Source: an uncultured Atribacterota bacterium | GTDB taxonomy: Bacteria; Atribacterota; JALVIU01 | Direction: 5' to 3' | NCBI GenBank assembly: GCA_964462295.1 | Contig: CAYWXH010000005.1 | Location: forward strand, 1-60,227 | Length of the DNA stretch: 60,227 bases | In this document: piece by piece, positions 47,899-57,923 of the stretch | Numbering within the stretch: the first letter of the stretch is position 1 | How the letters are laid out: each line of letters opens with the position of its first letter | Position numbers and translations under genes: made by a program | Notes under the pieces: model-generated | Database searches by the model: none | The model's input: only the letters and a program-made list of their open reading frames with translations | What the model was told of the DNA's origin: nothing

Positions 47899-49092
47899 TT
47901 ATAATCCTGCCGCCTTTCTCAAAATTTCAGCCATGTCAGTCTTTTCCCATGTAAATTCCTCTATCTCTCTTCCAAAATGTCCATATGCAGCGGTTTTCTT
48001 ATAGATAGGTCTTCTCAGTTTAAGTTTTTTAATAATTGCACCAGGTCTTAAGTCAAAATATTCTTTTATAAGTTCTACGATCTTTTCTTCTGGTATATTT
48101 GCTGTACCAAATGTATCAACCCTTAAAGATATAGGATGGGCCACACCTATTGCATAAGATACCTGAACCTCTAGTTTTTTAGCAATACCAGCTTTTACAA
48201 GATTTTTTGCCACATATCTTGCCATATAGCTTGCCGACCTATCTACCTTTGTGGGATCTTTACCAGAAAAGGCGCCCCCACCATGGCGGGCATACCCACC
48301 ATATGTATCTACTATAATCTTTCTTCCTGTAAGGCCTGTATCTGCCATAGGCCCACCAAAGACAAACCTACCAGTGGGGTTTATATAGTATCTTGTTTTT
48401 TCATCCAACCACTCTTCAGGTATGACCTTCTTAATAACCTCTCTCTTTATATCCTCTGCCATTTGCCCCAATTCTACATCTGGGCTATGTTGTGCAGATA
48501 CTACTACAGCATCTACTCTTAATGGTCTATCATCTTCATATTCTACCGTTACTTGGGTCTTGCCATCTGGTCTAAGATATGGCAAAATCTCTTTCTTTCT
48601 TACCTCTGCAAGTCTTTCTGCCAATCTGTGTGCAAGGTGTATAGGTAAAGGCATAAGTTCTTCTGTTTCATCACATGCAAACCCAAACATCATACCTTGG
48701 TCTCCTGCACCTATTCTTGCTATTTCATCTTCCTCTTCTTCTTTAGTCCTTACCTCTAATGCCTTTGTGACCCCTTGAGAAATATCAGGAGATTGCTCAT
48801 CAATAGATGTAATAACAGCACAGGTATCTGCATCAAAACCATATTTGGCCCGCGTATATCCTATCTCTCTTACTACCTCCCTAGCTATTTTAGGCATATC
48901 TACATAACATGTGGTTTTTATCTCTCCTGCAATCACTATAAGACCTGTAGTTGTTAGGGTCTCTATAGCCACTCTTCCATAAGGATCTTGGGCGTATATC
49001 CCATCTAATATGGCATCAGATACCTGATCTGCAATCTTATCAGGATGCCCCTCTGTTACAGATTCTGAAGTAAAAAAATGTCTTTTACTCAC
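47899..49092 (-). CDS. metK: S-adenosylmethionine synthetase
   Basis: [29 protein letters not shown] and [16 protein letters not shown]. The start is placed at GTG 49092, which is preceded by TAAGGAGG with a 6-nt spacer. The upstream ATG (49122) would add 10 aa and lies inside lon. Confidence 0.93.
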   Translation of the reverse strand: MSKRHFFTSESVTEGHPDKIADQVSDAILDGIYAQDPYGRVAIETLTTTGLIVIAGEIKTTCYVDMPKIAREVVREIGYTRAKYGFDADTCAVITSIDEQSPDISQGVTKALEVRTKEEEEDEIARIGAGDQGMMFGFACDETEELMPLPIHLAHRLAERLAEVRKKEILPYLRPDGKTQVTVEYEDDRPLRVDAVVVSAQHSPDVELGQMAEDIKREVIKKVIPEEWLDEKTRYYINPTGRFVFGGPMADTGLTGRKIIVDTYGGYARHGGGAFSGKDPTKVDRSASYMARYVAKNLVKAGIAKKLEVQVSYAIGVAHPISLRVDTFGTANIPEEKIVELIKEYFDLRPGAIIKKLKLRRPIYKKTAAYGHFGREIEEFTWEKTDMAEILRKAAGL

Positions 49093-51442
49093 TTTTTTCC
49101 TCCTTATTAGTTGCCTTTTCATCTAACAAGGCAATTTCAAATACCTCATCTACATTTTCCACAAGATCTATTTTAATTTTTTTAATAATAGTTTTTGGTA
49201 TCTCTACAAGGTCTTTTTTATTTTTAAGAGGCAAAATTACCTCTTTTATCCCTGCCTGATATGCAGCGAGAATCTTTTCCTTTAATCCACCTATAGGTAG
49301 TACCTTTCCCCTTAATGTGATCTCTCCAGTCATTGCTACATCTTTCCTCACAGGCCTTTCAGTAAGTGCAGAGACTAAAGAGGTAGCCATTGTTATACCT
49401 GCTGAAGGTCCATCCTTCGGGATAGCACCTTCAGGTACATGTATATGTATATCATTTTTGTCAAAAGCTTCACTATCTATATTCAATACCTTGCTTTTGG
49501 ATCGTATATAAGATAAAGCTGCTTGTGCAGATTCTTGCATTACATCTCCCAGTTGTCCCGTGAGTATAAGTTTTCCTTTTCCAGGCATTATAACTGTCTC
49601 TATTGAGAGTATCTCACCTCCAAATTGTGTCCATGCAAGTCCTGTTGCTACCCCAATTTCATCCCTTTCTTCTTTTTCATCATGTCTATATTTTGGTGGG
49701 CCCAAATATTTTTCAATCTTCGCTGATATAACTTTTATGGTTTTTTTGCCCTTTCCATTAGAGACTATCTCTTTTGCTACCTTTCTGCATATAGCAGCTA
49801 TATTTTTCTCTAGATTCCTTACACCTGCCTCTTTTGTATACTCTCTTATAAGTTTATAAAGGGCAGGGTCTGTAAACTCAAGAATTTTTTCATTTAAACC
49901 ATGCATCTTTAGCTGTTTTGGTATTAGAAATTGCTTTGCTATGTGAAATTTTTCGACATCAGTATAACCTGGTATATCTATAATCTCCATCCTATCTTGT
50001 AATGGTTGGGGAATAGTATATAATACATTGGCCGTAGTTATAAACATTACATCAGAGAGATCAAATGGAACTTCAAGATAATGATCTACAAACTCATTAT
50101 TTTGCTCTGGGTCTAATACCTCAAGCAAAGCAGCAGATGGATCTCCCCTAAAATCTGTACTCATCTTGTCCACTTCGTCCATTAAAAAGACCGGGTTTTT
50201 AGATTTTGCCTGCCTCATATACTGTATGATCCTTCCAGGAAGTGCTCCTACATAAGTCCTCCTGTGTCCCCTAATCTCTGCTTCGTCCCTTACCCCTCCA
50301 AGAGACATTCTTACAAATTTTCTCCCAAGAGACCTGGCTATAGATTTAGCAAGAGAAGTTTTCCCTACACCCGGTGGTCCAACAAAGCAAAGTATAGGAC
50401 CCTTAAGTCTTTTAGTTAGGGTCTTCACAGCAAGATATTCAAGTATCCTTTCTTTTACCTTTTCTAATCCATAGTGATCTTCATTAAGAATCTTCTCAGC
50501 CCTTTTTAAATCAAGTCTATCTTGTGTTTTTTTATTCCATGGAAGGGAGAGGATCCAATCTAAATAGTTTCTCACAACCGCCCCCTCTGCAGCCATTGGA
50601 GGCATTTTTTCTAATCTTTTAACCTCTTTTAAGGCCTTTTCCTCTACCTCTTTTGGGAGTTTAGCCTTTTTTATACGTTCTCTATATTCTTTTATCTCTG
50701 AAAGAGTATCATCTTCTTTTCCAAGCTCCTCTTGTATAACTCTGAGTTGTTCTCTTAGGTAATACTCCTTTTGAGTTCTTTCAAGTTCTTTTCTTACTTT
50801 TCCTTGAATCTTTTCTTCTAATTCTAAAATACTATTTTCATTGGTAAGTCGTTTTAATAATTCAGAAAGTCTTTTGTAAGGGCTTGTTATCTCCAAAAGC
50901 CTCTGTTTTTCAGAAATTCTTATCAATAAATGAGAAACAATTGTATCTGCAAGGGCTCCTGGATCCTCTATATTAACAACTGTAAGCATAGTTTCCGGAG
51001 GAATCTTTTTATTCATTTTTATATGTTTTTCAAATTCCTCCAATACACTTCTCATAAGGGCTTCTATTCTTAAGCCCTTCATCTTTTTATCAAGAACCTT
51101 CTTTGTTCTAACTACGATATACGGATCTGTTTCTATAAAATCAACTATTTCTGCTCTATATAAACCTTCTGCCAAGATTTTTATAGTACCATCTGGAAGT
51201 TTATACATCTGTACTATCTGTCCGACAGTCCCCATTTGATAAAGATCTTCAGGTCCGGGATCTTCTATGCTTGGATTTTTTTGGGCAACTAAAAAAATCT
51301 TTCTATCTCCGGTACTCATTGCATCTTCTAAGGCCCTGACAGATTTTTGCCTACCAATGAAAAGAGGAGCTATCATATGTGGAAAGACTACCACATCTCG
51401 TAATGGCATTAATGGATATATCTCTTCATTCTTTTTTGCCAA
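49085..51442 (-). CDS. lon: ATP-dependent Lon protease
   Basis: LON N-domain ([14 protein letters not shown]), AAA+ Walker [12 protein letters not shown] and the protease domain with [14 protein letters not shown] (catalytic Ser). 785 aa. Confidence 0.96.
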   Translation of the reverse strand: MAKKNEEIYPLMPLRDVVVFPHMIAPLFIGRQKSVRALEDAMSTGDRKIFLVAQKNPSIEDPGPEDLYQMGTVGQIVQMYKLPDGTIKILAEGLYRAEIVDFIETDPYIVVRTKKVLDKKMKGLRIEALMRSVLEEFEKHIKMNKKIPPETMLTVVNIEDPGALADTIVSHLLIRISEKQRLLEITSPYKRLSELLKRLTNENSILELEEKIQGKVRKELERTQKEYYLREQLRVIQEELGKEDDTLSEIKEYRERIKKAKLPKEVEEKALKEVKRLEKMPPMAAEGAVVRNYLDWILSLPWNKKTQDRLDLKRAEKILNEDHYGLEKVKERILEYLAVKTLTKRLKGPILCFVGPPGVGKTSLAKSIARSLGRKFVRMSLGGVRDEAEIRGHRRTYVGALPGRIIQYMRQAKSKNPVFLMDEVDKMSTDFRGDPSAALLEVLDPEQNNEFVDHYLEVPFDLSDVMFITTANVLYTIPQPLQDRMEIIDIPGYTDVEKFHIAKQFLIPKQLKMHGLNEKILEFTDPALYKLIREYTKEAGVRNLEKNIAAICRKVAKEIVSNGKGKKTIKVISAKIEKYLGPPKYRHDEKEERDEIGVATGLAWTQFGGEILSIETVIMPGKGKLILTGQLGDVMQESAQAALSYIRSKSKVLNIDSEAFDKNDIHIHVPEGAIPKDGPSAGITMATSLVSALTERPVRKDVAMTGEITLRGKVLPIGGLKEKILAAYQAGIKEVILPLKNKKDLVEIPKTIIKKIKIDLVENVDEVFEIALLDEKATNKEEKSE

Positions 51443-51455
51443 TGTTTCACCTCCC

Positions 51456-52667
51456 CTATGCCGACTTTCTTGCTGTAAATTCTCTCATTACAAATTCCTC
51501 ATCAATAACTATCTTCTTTGTATCAGCACCTGATGGAGCCTCATACATAATATCTAACATTATATCTTCTAAAATTGCCCTAAGTCCTCTTGCCCCACTT
51601 CCTCTTTCAATCGCCATTCGAGCGATAGCAGATAGTGCTCCATCTGTAAATTCAAGCTCTATGCCTTCCAAACGAAGAAGCTCTTTATACTGCTTTACTA
51701 GCGCATTTTTAGGTTCCACTAAAACCTTAACAAGCTGTTTTTCAGTAAGCTCTTCAAGAACTGCAATAACAGGCAGTCTTCCTATCAATTCAGGAATTAA
51801 GCCAAATTTTAAAAGGTCTTCAGATGTTATAAAATTCATTACTTCATTATAACTGAATTCTTTTTTAGTTTTTATTGTTGATCCAAAACCTATTGTATTT
51901 TTACCTATTCTATTTCTTACTATCTTTTCAATACCATCAAAAGCGCCTCCGGCAATAAACAAAATATTTTTTGTATTTATCTGAATAAATTTTTGCTGGG
52001 GATGCTTTCTACCTCCTGTAGCAGGCACATTAGCTACAGTACCTTCTATTATTTTCAGTAAGGCCTGTTGCACCCCCTCGCCTGATACATCTCTAGTGAT
52101 AGATCTATTTTCTGACTTTCTCGATATCTTATCTATTTCATCTATGTAAATTATACCTCTTTCTGCCTTTTCTACATCAAAATCTGCCACTTGAATAAGC
52201 CTTAAAAGGATATTTTCTACATCTTCCCCTACATATCCTGCCTCTGTAAGGGTTGTGGCATCTGCTATAGCGAATGGTACATTTAGAATCTTTGCCAATG
52301 TCCTTGCAAGAAGGGTTTTTCCTGAACCTGTTGGACCTATTAAGAGTATATTACTTTTTTCTAATTCTACTTCATTTTTTTCATCTGGTTCAGAAAGTAT
52401 ACGTTTATAATGATTATATACAGCAACAGACAATATTTTTTTTACCCTCTCTTGTCCTATAACATAGTTATCTAACATCTCCTTTATCTTTTTAGGTTTA
52501 TACAACTCTATAGTATCATAAGCTACCTTTATCTCTTCCTTTTTAAGTAGTTCATATGCAGTCTTTATACATTGATCACAAATATATACACCTTTACCTG
52601 CTATTATTCTTCCAACCTCACTTTGAGGTCTTCCACAAAAAGAACAGGTTATCTCTTTTTTAGTCAT
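51456..52667 (-). CDS. clpX: ATP-dependent Clp protease ATP-binding subunit ClpX
   Basis: Zn-binding CSFCGR...CDQC, Walker [12 protein letters not shown] and IIYIDEIDK. 403 aa. Confidence 0.97.
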   Translation of the reverse strand: MTKKEITCSFCGRPQSEVGRIIAGKGVYICDQCIKTAYELLKKEEIKVAYDTIELYKPKKIKEMLDNYVIGQERVKKILSVAVYNHYKRILSEPDEKNEVELEKSNILLIGPTGSGKTLLARTLAKILNVPFAIADATTLTEAGYVGEDVENILLRLIQVADFDVEKAERGIIYIDEIDKISRKSENRSITRDVSGEGVQQALLKIIEGTVANVPATGGRKHPQQKFIQINTKNILFIAGGAFDGIEKIVRNRIGKNTIGFGSTIKTKKEFSYNEVMNFITSEDLLKFGLIPELIGRLPVIAVLEELTEKQLVKVLVEPKNALVKQYKELLRLEGIELEFTDGALSAIARMAIERGSGARGLRAILEDIMLDIMYEAPSGADTKKIVIDEEFVMREFTARKSA

Positions 52668-53283
52668 TCGTATCCTCCCTTACATGTCGAGTAAGGATAT
52701 CATCTATAATACCATATTCCCTTGCCTCTTCTGGACTCATATAATAATCTCTCTCTGTATCCTTTTCTACATCTTCAAAACTTCTATTTGTATGAGTAGA
52801 AATAATCTGATTTAATTTATCCTTTACCCTCTTTAACTCTTTTGATTGTATAAGAATATCTGTAACTTGTCCTTGTGCCCCTCCCAATGGTTGATGAATC
52901 ATTATTCGTGAATTAGGAAGGGAATATCTCTTCCCCTTTTTCCCTGCCAAAAGAAGTAGAGCCGCACCACTTGCAGCCTGTCCTATACATATGGTAGTTA
53001 CATCTGGTTTTATGTATTGCATGGTATCATAAATAGCCAAAGTAGAAGTTACCGCACCTCCTGGACTATTTATATAAAAATATATATCCTTTTCTGGATC
53101 CTGGGCCTCTAAAAAGAGTAATTCTGCCACAATTATATTTGCCACAGTATCATCTATAGGGGTACCAAGAATTATTATCCTATCCTGTAAAAGTCTTGAG
53201 TATATATCATATGCACGCTCTCCTCTTGGAGTTTGTTCCACAACAATAGGAACAAGAGAAGAATTATTTATTTTCTTCATCAT
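52660..53283 (-). CDS. clpP: ATP-dependent Clp protease proteolytic subunit
   Basis: [13 protein letters not shown], catalytic [11 protein letters not shown] (Ser) and IMIHQP (His). The start is ambiguous (GTG 53295, ATG 53283 or ATG 53280). All options overlap the tig 3' end. Confidence 0.93.
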   Translation of the reverse strand: MMKKINNSSLVPIVVEQTPRGERAYDIYSRLLQDRIIILGTPIDDTVANIIVAELLFLEAQDPEKDIYFYINSPGGAVTSTLAIYDTMQYIKPDVTTICIGQAASGAALLLLAGKKGKRYSLPNSRIMIHQPLGGAQGQVTDILIQSKELKRVKDKLNQIISTHTNRSFEDVEKDTERDYYMSPEEAREYGIIDDILTRHVREDTND

Positions 53284-54643
53284 TCTTTTCTTCACTCTCC
53301 TCTTCTTTTAACTCATCTACCTCTTTTACTTTTATACTATCTTTTATAAACTCCATAATTTTATTTCTCTTTGCCTTATAGTCTATATAAGATTTTACAC
53401 CTTCATCTTTTTCATATAATTCCTTAGCCCTTGAAAGAGAAATCTTATAAGAAGATGCAAGATCTTCAAGTTCTTTTTCTATATCCTTCTCTTCTAGTTT
53501 TATCTTATTTTCCTCTTCAATAGCATCAAAAAGCATAGAAATTTTTAACTGAGTTCTTGCCTCTTCCCTATAATAACTATCCAATGCTTCTTTACTTATC
53601 CCATTGTTCTCTAAATATTCTCTAAGGGTAAGATTTTGCTTTTTCAAATCCTCTATTAGGTCTTCTTTTAATGATTCCACCCTTTTTTCTATATAACTTT
53701 CAGGGGGTTCAAAATTTACCTTTTCCAAGAGTTTTTTGATGATTTCATTTTCAAATCTTATTTCTTCTCTTTCTTGTTTTTCCTTTAAAAGTCTATTATA
53801 AACATCTTCTTTTAGTTTAAGAAAATCATCGTATCCCAATTCCTTTGCAAAATCATCATCTGGTAATGGAATAATTTTTTTCTTTATATCTATAATTTCA
53901 ACTTTAACATCTATCTCTTTGCCCTTTAGGTCTTCTATATAAAAATCATCTGGAAATTTATAGGTAAAAGAGATTTTGTCTCCTACTTTTTTACCTTTTA
54001 GGCTCTCTGTTATCTTTTTATCGAGCCCTTCTTGTCCTTTTATGTCAAAATATACAGGCACTTCTTCTTTATGAAAAAGGTCTTTATATTTCTTATCTAA
54101 AGATTCATCATGGGTATCTATATCTATCTTTACAAATGCTACCTCATCTTCTTCTCCTTTTATTTCTCCATCTTCTATAGGCTCTAAAGTAGCCATTGAT
54201 TTCCTAAGTTCTAAAATAGCATCTTCCACTTCTTCTTCATCTACTTTTACCTTTAATTTTTCAATTTCTAATTCAGATAGATCTGGAATCTTTATATCTG
54301 GTTGAATATCTACTTTTACTTCAAGATAAGATTCCTTTCCCTCTTCTAAATCAAGATCTGTTATCTGAGGGTATCCTACAGGGACAAAATCGAGTTCTTT
54401 CTTTGCCTGGGCATAGATATCAGAAAAGATAGTATCTATAACTTCAGATGCTAATCCTTCTTTCCCTAAATGCATCCTTACAATATTGGGAGGTACTTTT
54501 CCCTTCCTAAAACCAGGAACTTTTATGTCCTTTGCCAATGCAGAAATTGTCTTAGAATAAGCATTCTTTACCTCATCTTCTGAAAGAACTACCTTGAATC
54601 TAATCTTGGAACTTCCCCTTTCAATCTCCCTAATATCTGTCAT
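53264..54643 (-). CDS. tig: Trigger factor
   Basis: N-terminal ribosome-binding motif GFRKGKVP, a central FKBP-like domain and a long acidic C-terminal arm. 459 aa. Lies upstream of clpP-clpX. Confidence 0.93.
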   Translation of the reverse strand: MTDIREIERGSSKIRFKVVLSEDEVKNAYSKTISALAKDIKVPGFRKGKVPPNIVRMHLGKEGLASEVIDTIFSDIYAQAKKELDFVPVGYPQITDLDLEEGKESYLEVKVDIQPDIKIPDLSELEIEKLKVKVDEEEVEDAILELRKSMATLEPIEDGEIKGEEDEVAFVKIDIDTHDESLDKKYKDLFHKEEVPVYFDIKGQEGLDKKITESLKGKKVGDKISFTYKFPDDFYIEDLKGKEIDVKVEIIDIKKKIIPLPDDDFAKELGYDDFLKLKEDVYNRLLKEKQEREEIRFENEIIKKLLEKVNFEPPESYIEKRVESLKEDLIEDLKKQNLTLREYLENNGISKEALDSYYREEARTQLKISMLFDAIEEENKIKLEEKDIEKELEDLASSYKISLSRAKELYEKDEGVKSYIDYKAKRNKIMEFIKDSIKVKEVDELKEEESEEKNDEENK

Positions 54644-54667
54644 CTCATTTCCTCCTGTAACTTATAA

Positions 54668-55270
54668 TTATACTTTATTTTTTTCATTAATGCAAATCCC
54701 TTCACAAACTCTAAATAAAAATTTAAAAGCTATTATAGAGAATTTTAGTACCAACTCTTTATAGTCTATGTGAAGGGATTTGGAAATTTCTTTGAGCGTA
54801 AGCCCTTCATAATAATATAGGCCTATTATTAACTTTTCTCTATCAGATAACATGTCTACGAATTTTCTAATAGATACAAGATCTTCTACTATTTTTTCTT
54901 TACACACCATAAAAGGAAAACCCTTTATATATAATAAAAATCTCTCTTTCTCTTTTTTGTCTAATCCTATTTCTTCCCATAGAATATCCAAAGCAAGAGT
55001 AGGTTTAATTTTTCTTTCTAATAAGATTTTATAAGCATCTGCTATACTATTAATATCATCTCGTAATCTTTCAAAAAAATCTTTATTATCTTTTATTAGA
55101 GTCTCTATTAATTTTACTCTCAACTGGTAAAGAGAATTAAAAGAGTTAGTATTCACAAGGGCTAAAGCCTCTGAAAATAAGTATCTATGAGAAAAATTTT
55201 CAGGTAGTATTCCTGAGAGATGCTCTACCAAGTATTTTAGAGTTTCCAAGTCAACTTTTCTATTTTCCAT
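54668..55270 (-). CDS. Divergent sigma-70-family-like protein: recognisable FliA/WhiG-type region 4, with unrecognisable or degenerate region 2
   Basis: LSDREKLIIGLYYYEGLTLKEISKSL matches region 4.2 of sigma-28-type factors, but the following recognition helix (YKELVLKFSIIAF) does not. The N-terminal 120 aa lack the DLIQEG/region 2.4 signatures. The start overlaps the GGDEF gene stop by 11 nt. Confidence 0.5.
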   Translation of the reverse strand: MENRKVDLETLKYLVEHLSGILPENFSHRYLFSEALALVNTNSFNSLYQLRVKLIETLIKDNKDFFERLRDDINSIADAYKILLERKIKPTLALDILWEEIGLDKKEKERFLLYIKGFPFMVCKEKIVEDLVSIRKFVDMLSDREKLIIGLYYYEGLTLKEISKSLHIDYKELVLKFSIIAFKFLFRVCEGICINEKNKV

Positions 55271-56750
55271 TTAATCCTTCATTATATAAAACAGTAGTAT
55301 TCTTACCCATATTCTTCCCATAGTACAAGGCTATATCAGCCTTTTTTATAAGTTCTTCCATATCTCTACCATCTCTAGGGAAAGAAGATATCCCTAAAGT
55401 TATAGTTATAGATGGAAGAGATTGAGAGTCTATCTCGAACCTTTCTTCTACTCTCCTTCTAATTCTCTCTGCCAAAATTTTTGCATTTTCTTTTTTTGTA
55501 TTGGGCAAAAGGATTACAAACTCTTCCCCACCATAGCGAGCAATTATATCTATATCTCTAATACTAGATGATAAAATTTCAGAAAGTTTTTTAAGTACTG
55601 CATTTCCCGTATTATGTCCAAATAAATCATTTACCTTTTTAAAATCATCGATATCAATCATAATCAAAGATATTTCATAATTATACCTTTTCGCCCTTTT
55701 TATCTCTTTTTCCAATTCACGGATAAAATATCTATAATTAAAAAGGGCTGTTAAACCATCTGTATAGGCCATATTCTCTAATCTATTCAAAAGTTTTATA
55801 TTCTCAATAATGGAGGCTACCTGACTTCCTATAATTTCTAACATTTTAAGGTCTTTTTTGTAAAATTTATAAGGATAAATTCGCGCAAGGTTTAAAACCC
55901 CTGTCACTTCCCCTCCAAAAATTAAAGGCATAGAAATCAAAGAATTTATATTTTCTAATAGTTTTCCTTCGGAAATTTTAAATCTTCTCTTTTTCTTTAA
56001 GTCATTGATAATAATTGGCTCTCTGGCCTCTGCCACCCATGCAGAAAGTCCTATGCCTAAATGAAATTTAAAATCTTGTAATAAATCTATCTCATAGAGA
56101 GAAGAAAGATCTACCTTGTTTAAAATGCCGCTTTCTCCCTTTTCGTACAAGGAAAAATAATCATAATAAACACCCTTACGAATAAGATTCATTACCTTAG
56201 AAAGTGATTCTTTTATATTTACTTCATCTATCTTATCAATAGTTTTTGATATTTCATACAATAACTTTATTTTATTATATTGATTTTCCAAGTAAACTAT
56301 CTTTCTATGAAATTTATAGAAATTCCTAATTAACCTAGATAACAGAATAAGGGCCTCAAGGTTATCAGTAGTAATCTCTTTTCTATAACATATATATAAA
56401 AAATTTATAGAAGAACCAAAATTTACCTTGTTATCCTTTTTTAAAGGAAGGACATAGATATAAGTTGAATCACTTTTTTGTAATAATGTAAGAGTGTTCT
56501 CATTTTGTATATTAAATATTTGGGCAGTAAATTGGTTTAATAGAGAAATAAAATAAGGTTTATCAGATCCAAAAAAAGAGTGTATTCGATACTTTTTAGT
56601 CTTTGCCGAGGCAGAAACAAAGGCCAAGAAGTCAATATGATAGTGTTTCGACAATAAAGGCAAAAGCCTCTCCATTTTCCTAGAAAAGGAGATATTAGAA
56701 TACAAGATATTTTCTATTTTTTTTAAAATTTCAATTTCTATAGTAGTCAT
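55260..56750 (-). CDS. Diguanylate cyclase with N-terminal GAF-like sensor region
   Basis: C-terminal GGDEF domain (DGLTALFNYRYF, IDIDDFKKVND, RYGGEEF) with an RxxD I-site (RDID) five residues before GGEEF. A GAF-like segment lies around VAEAREPIIINDL...GVLNL. 496 aa. Confidence 0.85.
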   Translation of the reverse strand: MTTIEIEILKKIENILYSNISFSRKMERLLPLLSKHYHIDFLAFVSASAKTKKYRIHSFFGSDKPYFISLLNQFTAQIFNIQNENTLTLLQKSDSTYIYVLPLKKDNKVNFGSSINFLYICYRKEITTDNLEALILLSRLIRNFYKFHRKIVYLENQYNKIKLLYEISKTIDKIDEVNIKESLSKVMNLIRKGVYYDYFSLYEKGESGILNKVDLSSLYEIDLLQDFKFHLGIGLSAWVAEAREPIIINDLKKKRRFKISEGKLLENINSLISMPLIFGGEVTGVLNLARIYPYKFYKKDLKMLEIIGSQVASIIENIKLLNRLENMAYTDGLTALFNYRYFIRELEKEIKRAKRYNYEISLIMIDIDDFKKVNDLFGHNTGNAVLKKLSEILSSSIRDIDIIARYGGEEFVILLPNTKKENAKILAERIRRRVEERFEIDSQSLPSITITLGISSFPRDGRDMEELIKKADIALYYGKNMGKNTTVLYNEGLNGK

Positions 56751-56753
56751 CTC

Positions 56754-56793
56754 TCAAAAATAAAGGGGTACCTATTGGTCTAGATACCCCTTT
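56754..56793 (-). terminator. Strong rho-independent terminator after rplL
   Basis: Minus-strand RNA AAAGGGGUAUCUA-GACCAA-UAGGUACCCCUUU (about 13 bp, with one G-U that exists only in this orientation) followed by AUUUUU. The hairpin plus U-tract ends 5 nt before the GGDEF ATG (56750). Confidence 0.65.
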
Positions 56794-56820
56794 ATTTATA
56801 TTATTTTTAATTTTGTTTTA

Positions 56821-57216
56821 TTAGGCTATTTCTACTACAGCCCCTGCTTCTTCTAACTGAGCCTTAATCTTTTCTGCCTCATCCTTTGGGATACCCTCTT
56901 TTACGGGAGCAGGTACACTATCTACCAAAGCCTTAGACTCTTTAAGGCCAAGTCCTGTAATAGCCCTAATTGCCTTAATTACCTCTATTCTCTTAGGACC
57001 TACCTCTTTAAGCTGAACAGTAAATTCGGTTTTTTCCTCTGCTTGTGCAGCTTCTCCTCCTGCCATGCCAGCACCTGCAACAGCAGCAACTGCTACTGGA
57101 GCCTGGGCCTTTACATCAAATTTTTCTTCAAACTTCTTCACTAACTCAGATAATTCTAATACTGACATATTAGCAATAGCTTCTAATATTTCTTCTTGGG
57201 TCAATTTTTCTGCCAC
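56821..57216 (-). CDS. rplL: 50S ribosomal protein L7/L12
   Basis: 131 aa. Ala-rich hinge [17 protein letters not shown] and C-terminal domain [23 protein letters not shown]. Confidence 0.96.
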   Translation of the reverse strand: MAEKLTQEEILEAIANMSVLELSELVKKFEEKFDVKAQAPVAVAAVAGAGMAGGEAAQAEEKTEFTVQLKEVGPKRIEVIKAIRAITGLGLKESKALVDSVPAPVKEGIPKDEAEKIKAQLEEAGAVVEIA

Positions 57217-57242
57217 TTATTTCACCTCCTTTCATTAAAAAA

Positions 57243-57770
57243 CTAAGATTCTTTTTCTTTCTTATCTTTTAAATTATTAAGCACATTTACAAAGTCTCTC
57301 ATTGGCGCTGCAAGGACTGAGACGAAATTGGAAATCGGAGCTACCATAGTTCCAATCAATTGGCTCAACAGGACTTCCCTGGAAGGAAGTTTTGCGATAG
57401 CTTCAATTTCTTTTTGTCCATAAAGCTTTCCATCAATTATTGCACCTTTTAATTCAATTTTTTCTACCTTTTTACGAAAATCAAGTAAGGTTTTTGCAGT
57501 CTGCCCAACATCACTTTTAGAAAAGGCTACAGCTACAGGTCCTACAAATAACTTTTCGATTCCTTCAATACCTTTGTCCTGTATGGCCCTTTTCATTAAA
57601 GTATTCTTGACTACTTTAAAAATATCGCCTGCCTTCTTTAACTCCTCTCTAAGGGTTGTTATTTCTTCCATAGAGAGGGCCCTATACTCTGTAATAACAA
57701 TACCACTGGACGAATCATAGAGTTCTTTAAGTTTTCCAACGAGTTCTTGCTTTTTCTCTCTTGTAATCAT
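57243..57770 (-). CDS. rplJ: 50S ribosomal protein L10
   Basis: 175 aa. The family pattern (EYRALSMEEITTLREELKK...) and position between rplA and rplL support the call. Confidence 0.95.
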   Translation of the reverse strand: MITREKKQELVGKLKELYDSSSGIVITEYRALSMEEITTLREELKKAGDIFKVVKNTLMKRAIQDKGIEGIEKLFVGPVAVAFSKSDVGQTAKTLLDFRKKVEKIELKGAIIDGKLYGQKEIEAIAKLPSREVLLSQLIGTMVAPISNFVSVLAAPMRDFVNVLNNLKDKKEKES

Positions 57771-57794
57771 TCTTTCACTCTCCCTTTCCTGTTA

Positions 57795-57895
57795 TAAAAA
57801 AGACCTCTTATGCCATATGAGGCATAAGAGGTCTTTTTTATTTCTCTTAGCCTCAGTAGGCAATTTTAAGCCCGTAGGCACCTACCTTCTTAGGC
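57795..57895 (-). promoter_or_regulatory. rplJ (L10) leader with terminator / antiterminator / upstream protein-binding-type stem
   Basis: Terminator: GACCUCUUAUGCC-UCAUAU-GGCAUAAGAGGUC (57833-57802) plus a U6 tract. Upstream UGAGGCUAAGAG (57855-57844) can pair with CUCUUAUGCCUCA (57830-57818). The same UGAGGC is also part of an upstream stem, GCCUAAGAAGGUAGG / CCUACUGAGGC (57895-57850). Confidence 0.6.
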
Positions 57896-57923
57896 CTTCT
57901 ATTTCAAATCAAAATTTACAGAA

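Noticed and set aside
49093-49122. 10-codon N-terminal extension of metK from ATG 49122
   Set aside because: There is no Shine-Dalgarno sequence, and it lies inside lon. GTG 49092 has a perfect TAAGGAGG at optimal spacing and gives the usual MetK N-terminus.
42615-49122. T-box leaders upstream of hisS/asnS/aspS and a SAM riboswitch upstream of metK
   Set aside because: I looked for them because they are common in low-GC lineages. Intergenic gaps here are 0-26 nt, or the genes overlap, so no leader can exist.
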